From the NCBI GenBank assembly GCA_026914245.1, contig CP110439.1, positions 992,001-1,056,000 on the forward strand: DNA of 64,000 nucleotides, given 5' to 3'. Shown piece after piece: positions 60,487 through 64,000 of this stretch (positions are counted from its first letter, which is position 1; every line of letters begins with the position of its first letter). The notes beneath the pieces were generated by a model. It made no database searches and was not told where the DNA came from. It saw only the letters and a list, made by a program, of their open reading frames with translations. Origin of the DNA: Puccinia triticina. Its lineage: Eukaryota. Made by a program: the position numbers and the translations under genes.

Positions 60487-63400
60487 TTAATGAGAAAATG
60501 CGGTCGGCGAGGCTTTGGAGAGCGATAATTTGAGCTTGATGGTCGACTCTAAGGCGTTCAAATAGGTGGTGTATTTGATTATCTCGGCCATCAAATATTG
60601 CGACTTTTTCTCCCAATTAGCCATCGCTTTTTGCAGATAGATCGGCCGGTTCCAGTACTGAATCGTCCATCATCATCATCGCAATATAAAAATAAAAACA
60701 ATTAGTGAGGGCTGATGAGAAAAAAAAGAGGGGAGGGAGAAGAAGACTGACCATATTGACCATCGGTCTCCTCAGTAAATTGTGTCTCTCGAGCTCGACT
60801 TGGATATGCGAGTTATGTCGTCTAAGGCTCTCGAGTTGGACGTGTTCGGGGAGGGAGCTGAGGGCCATGGGTGGCACGGGAGGGTTCCAGTCGCTGATGG
60901 TAAGTTTCTCAGGGACAGCAGCTTGAGCGGGGGGGCGGTCGATATGGAGGTTAGAGGCGGTTTTAGACTCGGGCTGGGAGGTGGTGCCCTGGGTGTCGAT
61001 GCTGGTGGCGGAGTGGGACCAGTGTTCGGCGTCGCTGGCTCGATTGGTCTGGGTGACTAAGGTGGGCGAGTGTGGGGTCCCAAGGGGCAGGCCGTTGAAG
61101 AGCCGGTCCCGCAGCCGGCGTCCCTTGTGACTGTGACCCGAGTGGCCGCTGACGATGCTCATCATCTCCTCTTGATCGCCCTGGCACTCTCGCAGATCTT
61201 CCTTCTTCTCCACCGCAACCGGTGCGTCCGCCTCCAACAGCTTGTTCCAGCCGTACTCCATGTTCGACACGCCGCCCGTCAGCGGCTCCTTGCTCAGCCG
61301 GGCAGCCCAGTAATTGCACGTCGATACCCACTCGTAGACGAGCTCCTCCGTCCCCGCTTGGAAGAAATACGAAGCCCCAGTCGAGAGCGTTAAGACGAAG
61401 ACGTGGGCTCGCTCCTTGCTGTATCCGGAGACTAGGACACTCGTTAGCGCATGTGAGAGGGTGATTGCACCTAATAGCTGTGCGTTCGGCAGCCAATTCC
61501 CTCCCCCGACTCCCGATACACCTTCAGAGCTGATCGTTGTCGTGGCTCCGACTTCATTGGAAGTTGAACCGGCCGCCATGCCGGCGCCAGCAGAAGAGCC
61601 GCCACTATTGCCGAACTGGAACATCTTGAGGACACCCGTCTGGATCACCACAAACACTTGGGCCCAACCTCGATCCTTGTGTCTTTTGCCCTTCGATTCC
61701 CAATACTGCTTGCGCTGGAGAATGCCCTCTTTGGCCCATGGGGCCCCCAGAAGCGCCAGCTCGCTATCCCTCGTCTGCTCATCATCAACTTGGCTCGACT
61801 CGAGTGACTCTTCTTCGTGTTGTTCACGGATGATTGATTGGGAAAGATTTGAGACAAAGCCGATTGATGGAGTGGTCAGATTGGTGAGGTTCAGCGATGA
61901 GCCTGCGTTCGATGAATAACCCTGGATAGATCACAAAATTCCAAAACCGAAGGTCAATCAACGTATTGAAAGAGGGAAAGACAGAGAAAACCTACCATCA
62001 TACCCGAAGGCAAACTAGAAACGGAGGTACTCGCACTAGGTGTTGGACTATTGGGTCGTCCACCTGGCGTATCAGGGCCAGCGGAGAGCAGAGCAGCAAA
62101 TCCACCGAACCCGCGCAAGCTGGCACGCTTGTGAGTCCCGATAGAGTCAGCGACGCCGTGCGTGTAATGGTTGCGGCGACTAGCCATCCGTTGAAGACTT
62201 CCATAAGCTCCAGGCTCCTGAGATTGAGGTTCGGCGAGATTTTGAGCAATCGGATGACTTTTGACGGCCATATAAATATCCTAATAAGAACCAAACATCA
62301 CCATCAGCATCAATTCAATGAAAGCAATTGAAGTTTGGAGGAAAGGACAAGAAACAAGAAATCACCTTTAATAGGGATTCGACTTCCTTTTCAAACTGGG
62401 CTTTGGTGGAGGCCTTCGGAGCGGGGGAACCATTTTCAGCTGATCTGAGATTCACTGTGCTTGGGAGATCATCAGCCCGACTGGCGGCAGGGGAGCAAGA
62501 TGCGCCAGTGTCGAGGGACGCATGACGCTCATGATCGGTGCTGCTACTGCCTGGTAGAGGAGAGTAGACGCCGGAAGTTGCTGGAAGATCGTCCTCACTG
62601 GGCCAGGAAGTGATGCTGTGGCTTCGGCGGGAAGTTTTTATGACGGGTTGGGAGCCAGTCCGAAGGGCATCCCGCCACCGCTCCATCGAGGGGCGAGCTG
62701 CAGTGTGGGAGGAGGTACCCGAAGCGGGTAGAACGCGGGTGAGATCGACAAATGAAGTTCGTCGATTTCGCGTCGCCATGCTCCCGTTACTGGCCATTTT
62801 GAAATTCGCCCTATACGTGTCGGCTGTGGTCGAGGAAGGCCGAGACGGTTCGATAATCGAGGCCTTCGACCGGTTTGCTTCGGGAAGGTCGAACTGAGAC
62901 AGTTGCGCGTAGACGGTCTCCATGGTGTTGCGGATGAATTGAGAGCGTGACATGCGTGAGGTAGTGTCGACGACGTGAAGATCGGTATTGAGCAAAAGAA
63001 TCGAATACGACATAGCATGTACCATATCTACACGAGAAATATCACGGGGAGAGGGAAAGATGAGTAATGATATACCTCAATAAAGAGAAAGAGAAAAACA
63101 TGTAGGAGCAACTAACCAGCATTGACATAAATATTAGATTGATTTTGTTCCCAATACCTTCGACTGAACTCGGCCAAGATGCGGTCGACTTGTTGAGTTT
63201 CACCCTTGAGATACATCTTCGTGCAGAGCTTCCTGAAGGCAAGATCGATTCTGAGGTCTTTGAAGTCGAACTTGTCCATGAACGCGCGACGCGTTAGCGC
63301 TTGGAGTTGGTTCTCGGATGTCTCGGGGCTACCGAGCCATTCGGTCAGCTTCCGACGCTTGATAATCGACTCGTCCTCCTGCCAGAAGAGCTCGGCAAGC

Positions 63401-64000
63401 CTGTGGGCGTTTGCTTGTAACGTCATGCCCGGAACGTGGAGCGAGTGTGGCGGGTTGGAATGAACGGAATCTGGCTTGTCTGAGTGCTCCAGATTAGGGG
63501 AGGGTGCTGAAGTCGGCAGTGAATGTGGGTTGGAATGAGCGGCGAGGTTTTCCCGACTTGGAGGCAGAATTGTCCGCGAGTCCTCTTCAGGCTGTTGAGG
63601 CCCCGAGACGATGACGGAGAAGAAAGAGGAATCGGGTGGGGTTGACGGGCGAAGGCTCCTCAAGTTGGGTGAGGATTGGTGATTGCGGGGTGTGCGAATA
63701 TCGTCACTAGCGGGTCCGAGCTTGGTCGGCTGTGCTTGGTCGAGATCGCGCCTCTGGAGCTGAGGAATATGTTGAATGATAGAACGATCAGGCTCGACAA
63801 TCGGTTTGATGCCTAAGCCTGCGTTACCTCTCTTGGGAGGAGCGGGTTTAGATGACTGAGGCTGATGAGTCCTGATGCTGGAGGAGACATGCCCAGACGA
63901 TTTGGAGAATGCAGAGAGATCTCCACGGTTGAAAAGGGTTGATCGGGGATGTGATTGTGTATTAGGGCTAATGGGGGGTTTGGAAGATGAGGCTGTCGAC
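60487..64000 (-). CDS. Sec7 + PH domain Arf guanine-nucleotide exchange factor (Syt1-like); 5' end lies beyond the window
   Basis: Sec7 motifs IDLAFRKLCTKMYLKGETQQVDRILAEFSRRY and SILLLNTDLH; PH-like segment AKEGILQRKQYW...YFFQAGTEELVYEWVSTCNYWAARLSKEPL.GGVSNMEYGW; ANWEKKSQYL. Confidence 0.88.

Overview
Eukaryotic, intron-rich fungal DNA. Gene content, short GT-AG introns and CpG-depleted repeat blocks suggest a basidiomycete, most likely a rust fungus (Pucciniales); this taxon call is inference. Two compact housekeeping clusters are present: PTH2, BRD8-like, SPB4 and UPS2-like (14.5-24.0 kb), and HNT2, TSC2, WBP1, malic enzyme and a Sec7-PH Arf-GEF (43.9-64 kb). Repeat-rich blocks lie at 0-11.1, 24.3-28.5, 34.2-40.6 and 57.9-60.1 kb. 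Secreted CAZymes (two paralogous GH71 alpha-1,3-glucanases with GPI-like tails, one GH131-like gene) sit at the edges of the repeat blocks. Many non-autonomous elements have termini and target-site duplications (TSDs) readable by eye: P-like MITEs (7-bp TSD), CAC-terminus MITEs (3-bp TSD), a Tc1/mariner MITE (TA), a solo LTR (5-bp TSD), a mini-Helitron, and a 3-kb long-TIR element (8-bp TSD). Two genes are visibly disrupted by insertions: a GATA zinc-finger gene and a spliced DUF262/GmrSD-N-like gene. Exon models were read by hand, so internal boundaries are approximate. No database searches were run.
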